Origin: Octopus sinensis
Lineage: Eukaryota
Direction: 5' to 3'
Assembly (NCBI RefSeq): GCF_006345805.1
Contig: NC_043001.1
Location: 85,188,001-85,252,000 of the forward strand
Length of the DNA: 64,000 nucleotides
Positions 41,491 to 56,784 of the stretch are shown piece after piece. The notes below the pieces were generated by a model. It worked only from the letters and a program-made list of their open reading frames with translations. It was not told the DNA's origin and ran no database searches. Position numbers and translations under genes: made by a program. How positions within the stretch are numbered: the stretch's first letter is position 1; every line of letters starts with the position of its first letter.

Positions 41491-41596
41491 ACAAAAATAA
41501 CAATAACACACACACACACACACATATACACACATATATATTGATATTTCATCGTTGAATTTTTCTTGCCTTTTTAGAGGTTTTGCCATGGCTTAG

Positions 41597-41868
41597 GGTA
41601 CTATTTAAGAAGAGTGGTCCCAGTGCGCGCACTCTCATACTCGCGCATCCGGGCTAGCTAGTCGTGACTAGTCGATCCTACAACGACTACCTAGCAAAGT
41701 AAATAAAACACAAAATAAATAATTTTTTTTGCACAAAGTAAATAATTTTTTTAAACAAAGTAAATAAAGCACAAAAACACAAAGTAAGGATCGACTATTC
41801 ACGACTAGCTAGTCGGATGCGTCAGTACGCGAGTTCGCGCACAGGGACCACCCTTCTTAAGTAGTACC
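41597..41868. mobile_element. Mutator-like MITE
   Basis: ~82-bp TIRs (41597-41679 and 41787-41868) start GGTACTA. 9-bp flanks ATGGCTTAG and GTGGTTTAG match at 7/9 positions. Confidence 0.82.
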
Positions 41869-42272
41869 GTGGTTTAGTTTGCGTAATTGTGCAGTTTGTA
41901 TATATTGACAGTTGTTTATCTCCTGAAGTCTCAAAGATTTTAAAGGTGATCGTTTGTATGTTCCGTCAAATGAAATTGTGGATATGTAGGATTTTTCAAC
42001 TTATTAGGTTTGAGGAAATTTTTGCCGTCTGTTTAATAGTATTGTTGGAATAAAAGGTACGTTTACGCATTCGAGTACTTAAGGAGAAAAGAAGGGCAAA
42101 ATTAAATTTTCACAGAGAATTGTACTTATTAAAGATTTTTTTTTTATTTTCTAACGATGATCGTTTGTTCGGCCAGAGGGAACTGTAGGGTTCTTGTACT
42201 AAAAGTATGTTTACATTTTCGAATACTCCGGAAAGGACAGGTATTCATAGAAAGTTGTTGGTATTATTATTA

Positions 42273-42346
<74 letters not shown>

Positions 42347-42902
42347 GAGTGAGAGACACTGGAGTAAAATATACGAAGCCCAGTATACGAATCATGACTA
42401 CCCGTCTGATAAGGGTACACCAGGCACATGCATCACACCCATATGTGCGCCACATGGTGATCTCATATCAAGATAAACAACACATGACCTTGCAGGTGGG
42501 GCCCATTTAGAATTTTCTTCTTGTCGAGTAGCCCATCCTGCTCAAAAGGTCCCTGAAATGGATTGTTTAAGGATGTTGAACGAAACACCCATGTTTCCAA
42601 ACATGAATTCTCCAAACCTCTAAGAATTCCTTTCAACACACGGCTATAACCCCCCCCACACACACACACACACACACATACACAACTTTTGATCATGTTG
42701 AGAGATGCACATATCGTTAGCCACTAAGGGACATGCTCAACTGGTTAAGGTAAAACAACTGACAGGCAAATCTGTGGTATTGAGCAGAATATTTGCAGTA
42801 GCACATCATTTATACCAATAGAAAACAACGTACATGATAACACTTCCAATTATTTAAGATCGGAAGCCATGAGAGCCACTGCCAGGTACTGCATCAGGGC
42901 AT
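42347..42902 (-). mobile_element. ~555-bp (TAA)n-associated non-coding element, copy 2
   Basis: Reverse complement of 23828-24382 with the same two ends. Flanked by (TTA)n and (TCA)n. Confidence 0.85.
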
Positions 42903-42980
42903 ATTTTTTTTATCATCTTCATCATCATCATCATCATCATCATCGTCATCATCATCATCATCATCATCATTATCATCATT

Positions 42981-43030
<50 letters not shown>

Positions 43031-43056
43031 TATCATCATCATCATTATCATCATCA

Positions 43057-43128
<72 letters not shown>

Positions 43129-43769
43129 TATTTATCATCATGCTGTCAGGGAGATCACGAAGATATCCGAAGGGGATTGTCGAGTTGTCACGGAAACAGC
43201 CAAGTGTTTGTTTTGGCTTTGTCGAGTTATATCGAATAATTGCCCCTTTGTTCTTATGTACCTCATAGTCTAGGTAGCCAAAGACAATTTACTAGCCAGA
43301 TAGGTTTGTTTTTCTCCCTTTCTTAAAATGTAGTTAAGTACATATTTGTATGAATTATATTTTGATGATGGTGTCGAAACAATTGCAGATGTTAGAAATT
43401 AGATGCTGTTGAAAGTATTATTTCTTTGTTTTCGAAGACGTATCTATCTTCTGTGCAAGGCATGAGAAGTGTTGGGTTACAGTTTATTGAAATTAAGCTG
43501 TGATTGGTGGGGGTGGGACAGGACGAGTGTGCTGGTTATAATAAGAATTATGCATATCTTAAAAAGATATGCATATGATGATTCTATATAAATTTAACAT
43601 CTCGAGATATTTTGTGACACTTTAGACTTATCGTATTTTTTCCCAACTTCTGCATTCTGCTGTGTTTGACAAAATTTTACAATAAGTTTGGTAAGTTAGG
43701 TGATTCGTTTGGTAAGTCCAGGTGTTATAGGTATATTTGTTATTTTCTGTAGCTTTTTAAGTTTTCAGT

Positions 43770-43875
43770 GGACCGCACACACTTTCGATTATTTTGTTTG
43801 TTTTTATTTTTGTTTTTTTTTCCACAGAAGCCTATCTTTTTGACTGCGGAGATTCTGAATCTGCAAAAATAAATA

Positions 43876-43912
<37 letters not shown>

Positions 43913-44127
43913 CGGCATTTCAAAATTTTAATTCGTATTTAATTCGTATCTTCGGTTTGGCTGTTGCTTCTAGCTTGTTGGACTTTCGGTTGGAGCGCAC
44001 ATAAAATATTGAAATGCCAATTTTTCTTTTCTTTTCTCTTGGCAGATTTGGAATCTCCGCAGTCGAAAAGGTGGGTTTCTGTAGAGAAAAAAAAAACAAA
44101 AAGAAAAACCCAAAGCGGGTGCGATCC
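43770..44127. mobile_element. Foldback MITE
   Basis: Termini GGACCGCAC and GTGCGATCC. Mirrored GACTGCGGAGATTC / GAATCTCCGCAGTC and GGCATTTCAA / TTGAAATGCC. No clear target duplication. Confidence 0.7.
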
Positions 44128-46215
44128 ATGTCCTTTACCTCCGCGAAGTTTTCATCTTCAAAGTAGATATAAAGGTGTTCGATTGAAGGAAAGAATCAAA
44201 ATCGTTGTCTAAGTGGAAGATGAGTGTTCCTCGATATTTGTTCCTACCATGTTTGCGTCATATTTCTTGCTGGATTTCAAAGACATGTTTCAGAAAGGCC
44301 ATTGGTTAATATTTCAGGGTAAGTATGTTTATTTGAAACTGTTACCGTGAGTTAAAGTGTTGGTTGACAGTCGTTAATGTTGTTGATACTGTGGTTGTTT
44401 ACATTATGCAGTATGTTACTGTTAGGTGTGATTTATACTAACCTATTTTCGCAGTTATATAATATTCTATATTTTATTTTGTTACTGAATTATTAAATTG
44501 TTTGTTTATATTTTCTTTTCCATGTTTAGTTGCTGGATAGTAAGTGTTCTCTCAGTTGTTTAGGTTTTACTATATGGTGATTAACACTGTCTGTCATTTT
44601 TAAAAACATTAAATATTTCTGCTTTATAATTAGGGTTACATTTTACATTACCTTGCGGGGTTTGTTTTTAAATGTGTCTATAATTATTTTATATTCAATG
44701 TACATACCTCAGAGTTCATGTTGCAGTTTATAATTTTATAATATTCAGAACACTTTGATTCTCTCTTTATTAGCGAACTATTTTCATTGAAATTTTTTGA
44801 AATGTGCGAAAATTAATTTTTTTCATTTTCCATTGATGTAAATGTAGTTTGTTAATATAATTATTGGATAGTTCGATGAAAGCTTGAGAATCGTTTGCAA
44901 AGTTGGGTATGTTTGTTACATTAGGGGATCGGAATGTATTGTTCGGGGAAACTTGTTCTGGCTAGCTTGGTTACAAATGTTCTAATGTGGATTCTTAAGA
45001 ATACCAAGAGAGACAACTTAACGAAGGTATTATGGCGCCAACTTTCCCTCATGTGCAGTTGGAAATCTAAGAGATTTTGATTATATTGATGTCTCACTAT
45101 TGTCTGTAGTTTTGAGAGTTACAATTGCTGTAACAAAGGGTTGTCAATCCTGGTGCAAAATTTGAGAAAGCTGTGTGTGTGTGTGTGTGTATGTGCAGAA
45201 ATATATGTGTGTGTGCGTGCGTGCATGTGTGCATATGTGTGAGCGTGTGTGTGTGTTTGTGTGTGCGTGTGTGTATGTTTTTGCTTGTGTGTGTGTGTGT
45301 ACTTTCATATTTATGTTTATAACAGAGTAATCAACGAGAGATTATCAATCCAGGCAAAACACTTTATTTCCTCTCTGTTAGAGCACCAGACTAACAATGT
45401 TTAGATTTAGTAAAGAACTCTGCGTATCCTTTTGGCAGGGTCCGAGACAAAGAACAAAGAAAGGGTAAGATAAGTGACAGTTTGGATGAAGTGGACTAAA
45501 GTGAAGAGAACGAAAGAGAGGAAGAGAGAAAGTAGTAGAAAGAATAGAGGAGGGGAGGCATTCTATAGAAGAAGGGGCAGAGAATGACCAAAATGAAGGA
45601 AAGTAACAATCATAAAAACAATGTTTGTAATTTTGCTATCACATAGGAACATACTCTCCTAGTATAGTGTTCAAAATATATGTATGTATATATGCATATG
45701 TTTTATTTATTTATTATATATATATATATATAGATTTAGCAATTAAGGACAACTACTTAATAAGGAAAACTTAACAAGAAATTGTCAGGTAGATAGCGTA
45801 AAAACCTCATAAGAGAAAAAATTTCCCTCTTAGCGTTTGGCACGTATGTATAATGCCTTCTGGCATGTATGTATAATGCCCTCTATATATAAATATATAT
45901 ATATTATATATATATATATATATATAACTGGCCCCATGCTGTCAAAACTGACGGCTAATTGTAGTATTTTATATATAAATATGGATGGTAAATGAAATTA
46001 AAACACTTGTCAATGTTATCTAGTGGTTCTCTTTTGAGATGTGACATCAATCATCGTTTGTTACTGACAGAACGCTGGCTCACACATACAAACATTCACA
46101 TACTTTCCTTGAACACGCACACACGCACACACATACACTCACACAGAGTTGATTTTTCTTTTCAGCGTTGTATGTTCACCATCCCACTTCCATTGTATAC
46201 ACACATACACACACA

Positions 46216-46283
<68 letters not shown>

Positions 46284-46879
46284 CACATACACAAACAATC
46301 ATTCATATACCTCCCTTTTACATAAACATACGTATACTCACACAAAGTTGAAACGTTATTTGAGTTTTCTTTTTCGCCGTAGAATTTCCCCCCCCCCCAC
46401 TACCTTCCTTCCTTATTCATCTATCACTCCTTCCTTTCTCATTCATATGTTGTGAAGGAGAAAAACACAAGAGTATTATTGTAATAGAAGTTTGGGAATT
46501 GTATGTCTTTAAGCCCAAACATAAAATCTATGGACAGCAGCCTGTAAATTTTGGATTGAAAATCCATTAGGGTAGAAAACTTCGAAGGATATCCGTGGTA
46601 TCGGCCCCACATCTAATGTAGAGATGAACTGCATTCGACTGTTGTACCAAAGCAACCCTTCCAACTTCTCGTTCTTTTTCAGAAATATTCCTAACAGTGA
46701 CAATTGTACGTTGTTGAAGTCATAAGAATCTTCATGAGAACATGAGAGCATGAAATAAATAATAATAATTTTTTTGAATAGTTTATTTCAAGGTGCAAAT
46801 TCTCTATCAAACCAGCATCGGTTACTTAATTACTCAACTCATTAATATTCCCTACACGGTGTGTTTGTCATTATCAGGA

Positions 46880-47090
46880 TTGGCCGTGTGGTAAGAAGTT
46901 TGCTTTCCTAACACATGGCTCCGGGTTCAGTCCCACAGCGTGGCACCTTGGGCGAGTGTCTTCTACTATAGCCTCGGACCAACCAAAGCCTTGTAAGTGG
47001 ATTTGGTACACGGAAACTGAAAGAAGTCCGTCAAGGCGGTACCCCAGCATGGCCGCAGTCTATTGACTGAAAGAAGTAAAAGATAGAAGA
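46880..47090 (+). mobile_element. SINE family A, internally shortened copy
   Basis: GGTTCAGTCCC..CCTTGGGCGAGTGTCTTCTACTATAGCC head joined directly to the 3' tail. Confidence 0.78.
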
Positions 47091-47365
47091 TAAAATAAAT
47101 CATTTGGTAGTGCTTCATTTATTTAGATGAAAGGTAACAGTGAAGCGATGGCTATAATGGCATTTCCTCTGTACCGATATCTCAAAGAGTCGCATAAAAT
47201 TTTGCTGACACAGTAAATTCGTCCTCGAATCGGATACCAAACCCATAGACAAGTCCATAAACATTCTCTCCTAAGCCAATAGTCTAACTGAATTGACACA
47301 ACTCAAACATCCGAATTGAAACAACACAAACTCGCATAACACACGCAACCTATACGCAACACAAC

Positions 47366-47485
47366 CATCATCATCATCATCATTATTATTATTATTGATT
47401 ATTATTATTATGATTATTATTATTTTTTTTATTATTATTATATTATTATTAGTAATATTAAATGTTAGTATATTATTAATATTAA

Positions 47486-47517
<32 letters not shown>

Positions 47518-47558
47518 TATTATTAATATAATATTTGTTATTATATTATTAATATTGG

Positions 47559-47589
<31 letters not shown>

Positions 47590-48427
47590 ATTAATATTGT
47601 TATTTATTATGATTATATATTATTATTATATATTATTATTATATTATTATATTAATATTGTTATATTATTATAATATTATATTATTATTATTATTATATT
47701 ATTATTATTATTATTATTATTATATTAATATTAATATTGTATTATTATTATTAATATTATATTATTATTATTATTATTATTATTATTGCCAAGAATTAAT
47801 ATGTGAATTACGATTTAATAATAATGAATATAATAATTCATATTTTAATATGCTCATGAAAATCTAGTGCTTATTTAGTAATAAGTATGAAGTATTAGAA
47901 CATGTCGGGGTTCAAGAATCATTGTTTCTTCTTCTTCTTCTTCTTCTTCTTCTTCTTCTTCTTCTTCTTCTTCTTCTTCTTCTACTACTACTTTTCTTCT
48001 TCTTCTTCTTCTTCGTCTTCTTCTTCTTCTTCTTCTTCTTCTTCTTCTTCTATTTCTTCTTCTACTTCTTCTTCTTCTTCTTCTTCTTCGTCTTCTTCTT
48101 CGTCTTCTTCTTCTTCTTCTTCTATTTCTTCTTCTTCTACTTTTCTTCTCCTTCTTCTTCGTCTTCTTCTTCTTCTTCTTCTTCTTCTTCTTCGTCTTCT
48201 TCTATTTCTTCTTCTTCTTCTTCTTCTACATCTTCTACGTCTTCTTTTTCCTCTTCTTTTCTTCTTCTTCTTCTTCTTTTCTTCTTCTTTTTCTTCTTCT
48301 TTTTCTTCTTCTTTTGCTTCTTCTGCTTCTTCATCATCATGAAGATTATGCTGAAATAATAAATATTGCTCGTCTCCTCTTCACCAAACTACTGCTGTTG
48401 GTGCTACTGATGATACTACTACTACTA

Positions 48428-48479
<52 letters not shown>

Positions 48480-48480
48480 T
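47366..48480. repeat. Degenerate (TTA)n, then (TTC)n and (CTA)n microsatellite block
   Basis: Directly visible. Confidence 0.93.
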
Positions 48481-48604
48481 CCTTTTATGAAAATCTACCG
48501 CGCTTATTTATTAATAAGTGTTAGGTATCATAATAAATCGCGGTTCACTAATTATAGAAAATATTTTACTTTAATGGGCATGCAATAATTATAATCATTA
48601 CAGG

Positions 48605-48686
<82 letters not shown>

Positions 48687-48984
48687 GATGTATATATATA
48701 TATATGTGTGTGTATTATATATATATAGTATAGGTATAATTGTGTATATATAAGTATATATATATATGATCGTAACGACTATTACAGTAGTTTATGATTA
48801 ATAATATGTTTTGAAGATAAATTTATTGAATATGTTTATATAATGAGTACGTTTAAAATGCAATATAGTTACGTAAATAAGTTGTATATGTGTTTCGAAT
48901 GTTCCTAAATTTAATTAAATTATTCATATAACTCGTAAAACTTCATATAGTCATACATTCGCTATGTATATTGCATATTATATA

Positions 48985-49017
<33 letters not shown>

Positions 49018-49229
49018 TACATATTATATACATACATTTATGTGTGTGTATGCATGTATATATATTTGTAATATATATATAATATATATATATATATACA
49101 TACGTGCATATTCATATGTATGTATACATGTATATGTATTTATATACATAAAGATATTCATATATATATATCTATATATATGTATATCTCTACCCATCTA
49201 TCTATCTATCTATCTCTCTCTCTCTCTCT

Positions 49230-49276
<47 letters not shown>

Positions 49277-50366
49277 TGTATGTGAGTGTGTGTGTGCAGG
49301 TGCGTGGTTTCAGTGTTAATAAATCAGAATATATTTTGATTACTAAGATACATAAAATTGTTACTGGAAACAACTAATCTCAATGAGAATTAATTGGAAT
49401 ATTCCTCAGCCCAGCATTTGCGTGGAGAGAAAGTACTTAATTACAGAATAATTGCGTTCGTGAAAATAAAGATGTAATCTGCTAGATGTTAAAATCATGG
49501 TCTAAAACACATATATTTAGTATTTTAAGTGTATGTATAAAATATAAACTGCTAGATTTTATTCAGAAATACAGAACTAGCAGTATTCATCGTTAAATAT
49601 ATGTAGAGCACCGATTTCCTTTAATCTTTGGTTCCAAAACTTAAACGATTAACCGTTATACGGGACCGTCCTTTGTCACGTAATAATACTTTCTCCTAAA
49701 GGCAATAGGGCTGAAATTTTGGAGAGGGGCATAATCAACTAAACATCACCCCCAGTTACCGACTGGTACATCGACGTCGAAAGGATGAAAGGTACGGTAA
49801 AATCGACTTCGGCGGAATTTGAACTCTCAAGAAGACATACGAAATGCTGCTACCCATCTTGTCCTCGGACACGTAATAATCGTCCGTGAACACATTTCTA
49901 ACCTGCTAATTCTACTCCCGTAAGATGTCTAAAGTGCAAAGAAAATGTCCGCTTTACTTTATGGATTGGTGTTTATGTTTGACGCTACTATTGAAAAGCT
50001 TAGTTCATTCATTTGTAGTGGCCGTAGCTAAGATTAACTTTAAGCTAAATTCGCAGAGGATCTCTCAAAATTATGATGGAGACCCTAACTAGTGCAGTGA
50101 AAATAATACATACACCCACGCTACACACAACGCCACCTGTGATAAAGCATACCACTTACGCCCTAGTAATTTATCCAGAAAAAGGTGTCAACGATCAGGT
50201 GACAGAAAAATCGATGTTGTACCCGTATAAAATTATTACTCAATAAACATCAGCAATCTGATTTAAAAGCTTGTATCTATTTTGAGCGCTCAGTAACGTT
50301 ATATTTAAACTGTTATAATTTAATGAATGTCATTAATTAAATGAAAGTAATATTTAAGGTCACTAT

Positions 50367-50826
50367 GGCGGCGAGCTGGCAGAAACGTTAGCACGCCGGG
50401 CGAAATGCCTAGCGGTATTTCGCCTGACGGCGAGCTGGCCGAATCGTTAGCATGCTGGGCGAGATGCTTTGCGGTATTTCCTCTGCCGTTACGTTCTGAG
50501 TTCAAATTCCGCCGAGGTCGACTTTGCCTTTCATCCTTTCGGGGTCGATTAAATAAGTACCAGTTACGCACTGGGGTCGATGTAATCGACTTAATCCGTT
50601 TGTCTGTCCTTGTTTGTCCCCTCTGTGTTTAGCCTCTTGTGGGTAGTAAAGAAATAGGTATTTCGTCTGACGCTACATTCTGAGTTCAAATTCCGCCGAG
50701 GTCGACTTTGCCTTTCATCAATTCGGGGTCGATAAATTAAGTACCAGATGCGTACTGTGGTCGATCTAATCAATTGCCCCCCTTCTCCCAAATTTTGCGC
50801 CTTGTGCTTAAAGTCGAAAAGATTAT
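50367..50826 (+). mobile_element. SINE family B, multimeric copy
   Basis: Duplicated head (50367 and 50428) and two GAGTTCAAATTCCGCCGAGGTCGAC cores (~50498 and ~50682). Confidence 0.85.
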
Positions 50827-52227
50827 GTGTACATGAAACCAAGAAAAGACCATCATTGCTAACTTCCTGAAGTTGCATCAAACACTACCAACAATTAACA
50901 ATAGCATCAGAAACACAGAATTGAAACATTATATCTGTGCGTAATGCTCGTTTCACTCGGCTATTTAAAAATGACCGAGTAATATGTTAAAATATGTTTA
51001 CTTTCATTAAAATGAAAATAATTTGCTGATGTATGTATGAACATGAAAGAAGTTAAATGTTGGGTAGAATCTAGGTTACACCTGATTTGAAAGTATTTAA
51101 ATTATAAATAATTGGTTTGATTTAGTTTTATACAATTTTGCATTTTTATTTTACATATTCTAGTTTCATTTGAAAATACTTTGTATTTACACAAATATTA
51201 GAAGAAGCGCATTGCATTCATAACCATGCTATTTCAAACACCAAATTTTTTAATCATTTCACTTGTCAGTTTTTATTAAGAACACACATTAATTCAGGTG
51301 CCACGAATCTGCCGGAAACTGCCGCTGAAATACCATTAAATAAATATTATATTGAACAAAATAAACAGTAATACACAGAGGATGAAACTGTTAAATCGGG
51401 AACATATTTAATTATAGTTTCGCATTTACGACCTGCGATTACCAGCTGACATAAAAGTTTATTTCGAAACTACAAGAAAATACCTTTGCGCGGAATAAAT
51501 AAATAAATATAATATAATATATAATATGATCGGTCAGTTGTTCATAAGTCCGAAAAAGCACGCTCTATTTTGAGTCGTTCGTTATGATCAGCCAGAAAGT
51601 GACCATTGGTTTTACGTCAAATATTGCTCTTAACACTATGCATAATCCGTGAGACCTACTTGCAGGATGTAAGAATACAGCCTTGGTCAGCAAGGTTGTG
51701 AAAAAATTCCTGAAACGAAATGCAACGAAACAAACCTCCCTGCTTGTTGCCAGGATGTTATCTCTCTTTGAGCGGTTGCAGTTGTATACGAAATGGGTCA
51801 GGTTAAGTTCAATGTGGTTCATTCCTTAACAAGCAGGAAATCCTTTGTCTGCACCACGAATTTTCCCTCATCAGGGCATTGACCATACTTTTCAGTTTGG
51901 GTATTTATGACGGCTCACTTCACCAACTTTGTCTACTCCCGTTGAAGTATCGCGCAGACAGTACCAAGAACCACAATTTAGTCTTCTATGGCGTTCCCAC
52001 TTCTTTTCAGAGAGGGATAAATGCATTTCACCCTGAAGGGATTTTCGGTTTGAAGAATTTCATTTCAGGAACTTTTTCACAAACTTGCCAATCAAGGCTG
52101 TATTCTTACCGCTTGTATTGTGAACAAAAATACTAAACATGAAACAAATGGTGACTTTCTGATCGGCTATAACCAGCAACTTTAAATATACATATATGCA
52201 TACATACATCTGTATATACTGAGAAGT

Positions 52228-53200
52228 CTAAAGAATAGTTAGATATCCTCCCTCAATTACATTTTCAGGGTGGTGATTGTACCATTTGTCAGCAGTTTTG
52301 ATTTTAAAATGCTGACACATTATCCAGTGTAGATATTGGCCAGCTTTGTCATGTCTTGATTTGTACTCTATAAGTGCAGAAACCTTACATCCAGTGATTA
52401 GGTAGTCCACTATTTCTATCCCATCGCTGCAGTATCAGAATTTTTGGTCTGTACCATATTTCCTCACATTGGCTTGATAGCTCCGGGTCAATATGCTCTA
52501 ATCTTGGGCAGCCAAGATAAACCTTTAACTCTCTATCTTTAGTACTGAGCTCCGTGGCCACTAATGGGTGTGCATCTAGTCTACATCATCTGGCTTGCTA
52601 CGGACCAAATACTCACCATGCAAAGGAATTTGTTCCCACCTGTCAGCCAAACGTATTTTGCTTTACTATTAATTTCACCTACCTTGCTGCACTTCTATCA
52701 CGCTGTTCAACCTAGGTATTATGTATAAATTCATTTGAAACTATTTTGTTCTCCTTTTATCATCTTACGTCTTTGATGGTTGTCAGCGAGCTAAGCATCC
52801 AGTTGTGAGATGCTTCAAGACATTTTGCCAGTGCAATTGTCGTAGTTTTGTAGATTTCAAATTGGATCAAGCCTCGACCTCCTTGAGATCTGGGTAGGCA
52901 AAGACGATCCGCGTTTGCCTTTGGGTGGTAAATCTTATTAAAATCAGCATCTTACGGATTTTCTTGTCAATCTTCTTTATTTCGTTCATATTCCAATTCA
53001 ACACACTGAAACTGTAAATAACAACCGGAATTTGCTAAGGAATTTATAGTTAACACCTTTTTACATGCATTTAACTCGGATTATAGAACTGCGGGAAAAC
53101 TACTGTAACACTTCTTCCTGATCTTCTTTTTCATTCTAGCATGCTGAATGCCAGAGCCCGCATTTATTCCAAGGTATTTGTTTACTTGTTCCCGCTGGAC
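52228..53200 (-). mobile_element. R4/Dong-like fragment, diverged
   Basis: HPKANADRL..PRSQGGRGL, ILAAQD and EYKSRHDKAGQYLHW. Abuts (TTA)n. Confidence 0.8.
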
Positions 53201-53220
53201 TTCCTTATTTATTTATTTAC

Positions 53221-53300
<80 letters not shown>

Positions 53301-53454
53301 CATTATTATTATTATTTATTTAGAAAGTTACCATTGGTTTCACGTCAAATATTGCTCTTAGCAATATATGTGATCCGTGAGATATACAACCGCCTCTACT
53401 AATGTACAGCAGATTAAACAGTTGGAAGGAAAAATTCCTAACCTCGGGCAAGAA

Positions 53455-53822
53455 GATATACCTTAAATGCCAAGAACCCACCTAAGCATCGTAGTTGTCC
53501 CTAATAACACTGTCTACTGGAGCTTTACTTAACTGAGTTTTATGTCTATTTCCTCTATTCATCTGTTATTTAGGGATAGTTCCTAATGCACCTATAACTA
53601 CTGGGATACATTTTACCCACACTTTCCATAGAATCCGCAATTCAATGGCTTAGTCCTGGTACTTTGCTATGTTTGTATACCTCTCATATTGATTTCCTCA
53701 TCATTTGGGACTGTGACGTCAATTATTTGGCTCTTTCTAATCTCTTTATCTACTACTACTAAATCAGGCCTTCTAACTTCCATTACTCGACCAGTCTGAA
53801 TGTTAAGGTTCCACACTATCTT
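53455..53822 (-). mobile_element. R4/Dong-like RLE-domain fragment
   Basis: IVWNLNIQTGRVMEVRRPDLVVVDKE..IIDVTVP on the minus strand. Confidence 0.72.
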
Positions 53823-53829
53823 ATATATC

Positions 53830-54612
53830 AAGATGAACCAAGTAAAGTACTAATAAAGTATTATCATTACTGGTGTTCCTCGGTTATCCCTAGAGCTCTT
53901 CTTGTATCAGGAGGGCCACATCTCTATCATCTTCCTTGCCACTTTTCATTTTTAACCTTTGCATGTTATGTATATGTCCCTTCTGTTTCAGTGTATACTG
54001 TGTATATTTTGCTGTGTCTGGGGAGAGTCATTTTCTTTTTGTGCCTTATAATGTAACACACTCACTGGTAAAATTTCATTTTGGTAGAGTATGGAGGACT
54101 GTTTTTTGTCGTCGTATTGTCTCAAATGTTCATTTATTCGTTCCGTAATGCTCCTAGATGTCTCTCCTATGTATGTCATGTTCATGTCTTTACAAGCACC
54201 TTCTATGCATCTTAGGCTCTAGACTACATTTCTAGTTCTACAGTTAATGCCAGATTTAATCCTACATAACATGCAGTTATCATTGGTGTATATGGTATTC
54301 TCAAAGGGGTACGTTTTACGTAGTTGTGATCTGACGGAGTTCCCTGGCTTTTCAATAGTCTTAATGATGAGTTTGGTCTCCTTCAGAGCTTTTCTAAATC
54401 TACGGGCTAGTTCTCCAGGGGCTGTGGTCTCTACAAACATTACTCCTTGATATTTATCGATTTTATGCCACGTGTTCGCCCTGTTTGCTTTGTCATTTGC
54501 TTTCGTCTTTCCTTTCTAATCATTTCATTATATGTAACCCCGCCGCACACTTTGTGTCTGTCTTTGTATTGTTCCTCTCATCCTTTGCCATTGTGGCTAA
54601 TAAATGGAAACA
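53830..54612 (-). mobile_element. Penelope-like element fragment with GIY-YIG endonuclease
   Basis: C..C....NCRTRNVV*SLRC...C....YIGETSRSITERINEH (ORFs 54219-54440 and 53988-54185 joined through one stop). Confidence 0.82.
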
Positions 54613-54651
54613 TCCTCATCCTCATCATCATCATCATTATCATTATTATTA

Positions 54652-54713
<62 letters not shown>

Positions 54714-55387
54714 CATCATCATTGTTGCTTTTGTTGGTGTTACAGTTGCTACTGTTCTTGTTGTTGTTGCTGTTGTCATTTGTATATGATATTCCTCTTG
54801 GACAATGACAAACAAAAAAGCCGAAGGCATTTTCATTGCATTCTTTTCTGTTTATTATTTCTTACTGCAGATAACAAATACTACAGTCGAATATATTCAA
54901 CTCATAAATCTTGCAGCCTTTTACCTTACATAGAAATCAATATTATTAGCACATTTATTTCAGCACAGACTGAAATCATCTATGCTACCATCGATAATAA
55001 AATCATATTAACTCCACGAACTTTATAAATGTTGCTGATGTTTGAACTTTTAAAAATTGCAAATTTTGTGGAAAACTATAAGTTAACGCAATTGAGAATT
55101 ATCAAGTGTCGTAACGAACGAAAACACTGCTACAGCTAGAGATGTCTAAAATGATTATGAAATTGAAAAGTTATTGCGATATTTTTTATTTTCCACAACA
55201 TATTGTAAAAATATTTATTTCCGATAGCATTTTTTCTTAATAATTTCTTCACACTTACATTCATAAACATCCATCCATACGTACATTCATACGTACATAC
55301 ATACATACATACATACATACATACATACATACATACATACACACATACATACATACATACATACATACATACATACATACATACATA

Positions 55388-55459
<72 letters not shown>

Positions 55460-55925
55460 ATTACTTTTTTATATTAAATTCTAACCAATAACGTGTACAA
55501 ATATATCAAAATGATGTATGTCTGTCTGATAGTTTGCGTATTTGTACATGTGAGTTTCTCTGTATGTGTAAGCGTGAACGTAAGGGTATAAACTTTCATT
55601 AAAAAAATGTATTACAAAAGTATTTCTCAACAGATTTTCATTACTGTTTTAGAATACTTGTTTCATTTTTATGGTGCAATTTAAAATGCTAAATATTGTC
55701 CATTTTTTTAATAGCATTTAGTAAACAAATGTATAAGTATATACATATATACATGTGTGTGTTGTGTGTGTATGCATGTGTATATGTATGTATATGCACA
55801 AGTCTATTTATATATGTGTGTGTATATACACACATTCATAGATTAATACATTCTTAGATGGATAGACAGTTAAAGACTCAGGCGTATAAATACATGATTG
55901 TAAAGAGATACACACATACACACAC

Positions 55926-55996
<71 letters not shown>

Positions 55997-56784
55997 ATAT
56001 AATATATATATATACATACATACATGCATACATGCATACAATGCTTGCATACATACTTATGTGTGGTTGTATATACGTATGTATGGTCATTAAATAGCAT
56101 CAAGAATGTAATCTGCGCGAAAACGAAATATAAAAAAGATAATCCTGTGAATGATTCTTCTTTAAGCAACACCTGCATCAGCTTGCACCAACCAATTCTT
56201 TGTTAGAGAAGTGTTATCCATGTCTTGAAACTATTTAAAAATTATTTTTATAAATGCTAGTGTGAAGTCAGGTGCCGACTATCGGAAAATACATTTAACT
56301 TTCAAACATCAAAAAGTATATCACCTGTAAAACAGTAGTTTTCGGTATATCCACCAAAATGGAAAGCAATTGGATATTAATACCAAATACGGAACTATTG
56401 CCAAAGATACCCGAAAATGTGATTATTATTTTTTTTGTTACAGATTCTGAAAATCCGTGGATACATATTAGGAGAACCGAAAACTTTAGTTTGATACAGT
56501 TGTGAAAGAAATGAGACCTCAGCAGTGCTGGAGCCCCGCCTTGAAGGGCTTGAAAGAACTGAGGCTGCGGCTATGTTGGAGCACCGCTTTAAATGGTTTT
56601 AGCCGAACAGTTCGACCCGAGGGCTTACTCTATATTTTTAAAGCTTAATAGTTATTTTATTTCTCTTTTGTCAAACCCCTAAGTTACAGGAACGCAAGCA
56701 CATTAATACGGGTTGTCAAGCAGTAATAAGAGGACAGACACAGACACAAACAAACACAAACACACACATACACACACGTATGTG

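Noticed and set aside
45314-45608. Possible solo LTR (TGT...ACA ends, AATAAA on the minus strand)
   Set aside because: No target-site duplication and no second copy in the window.
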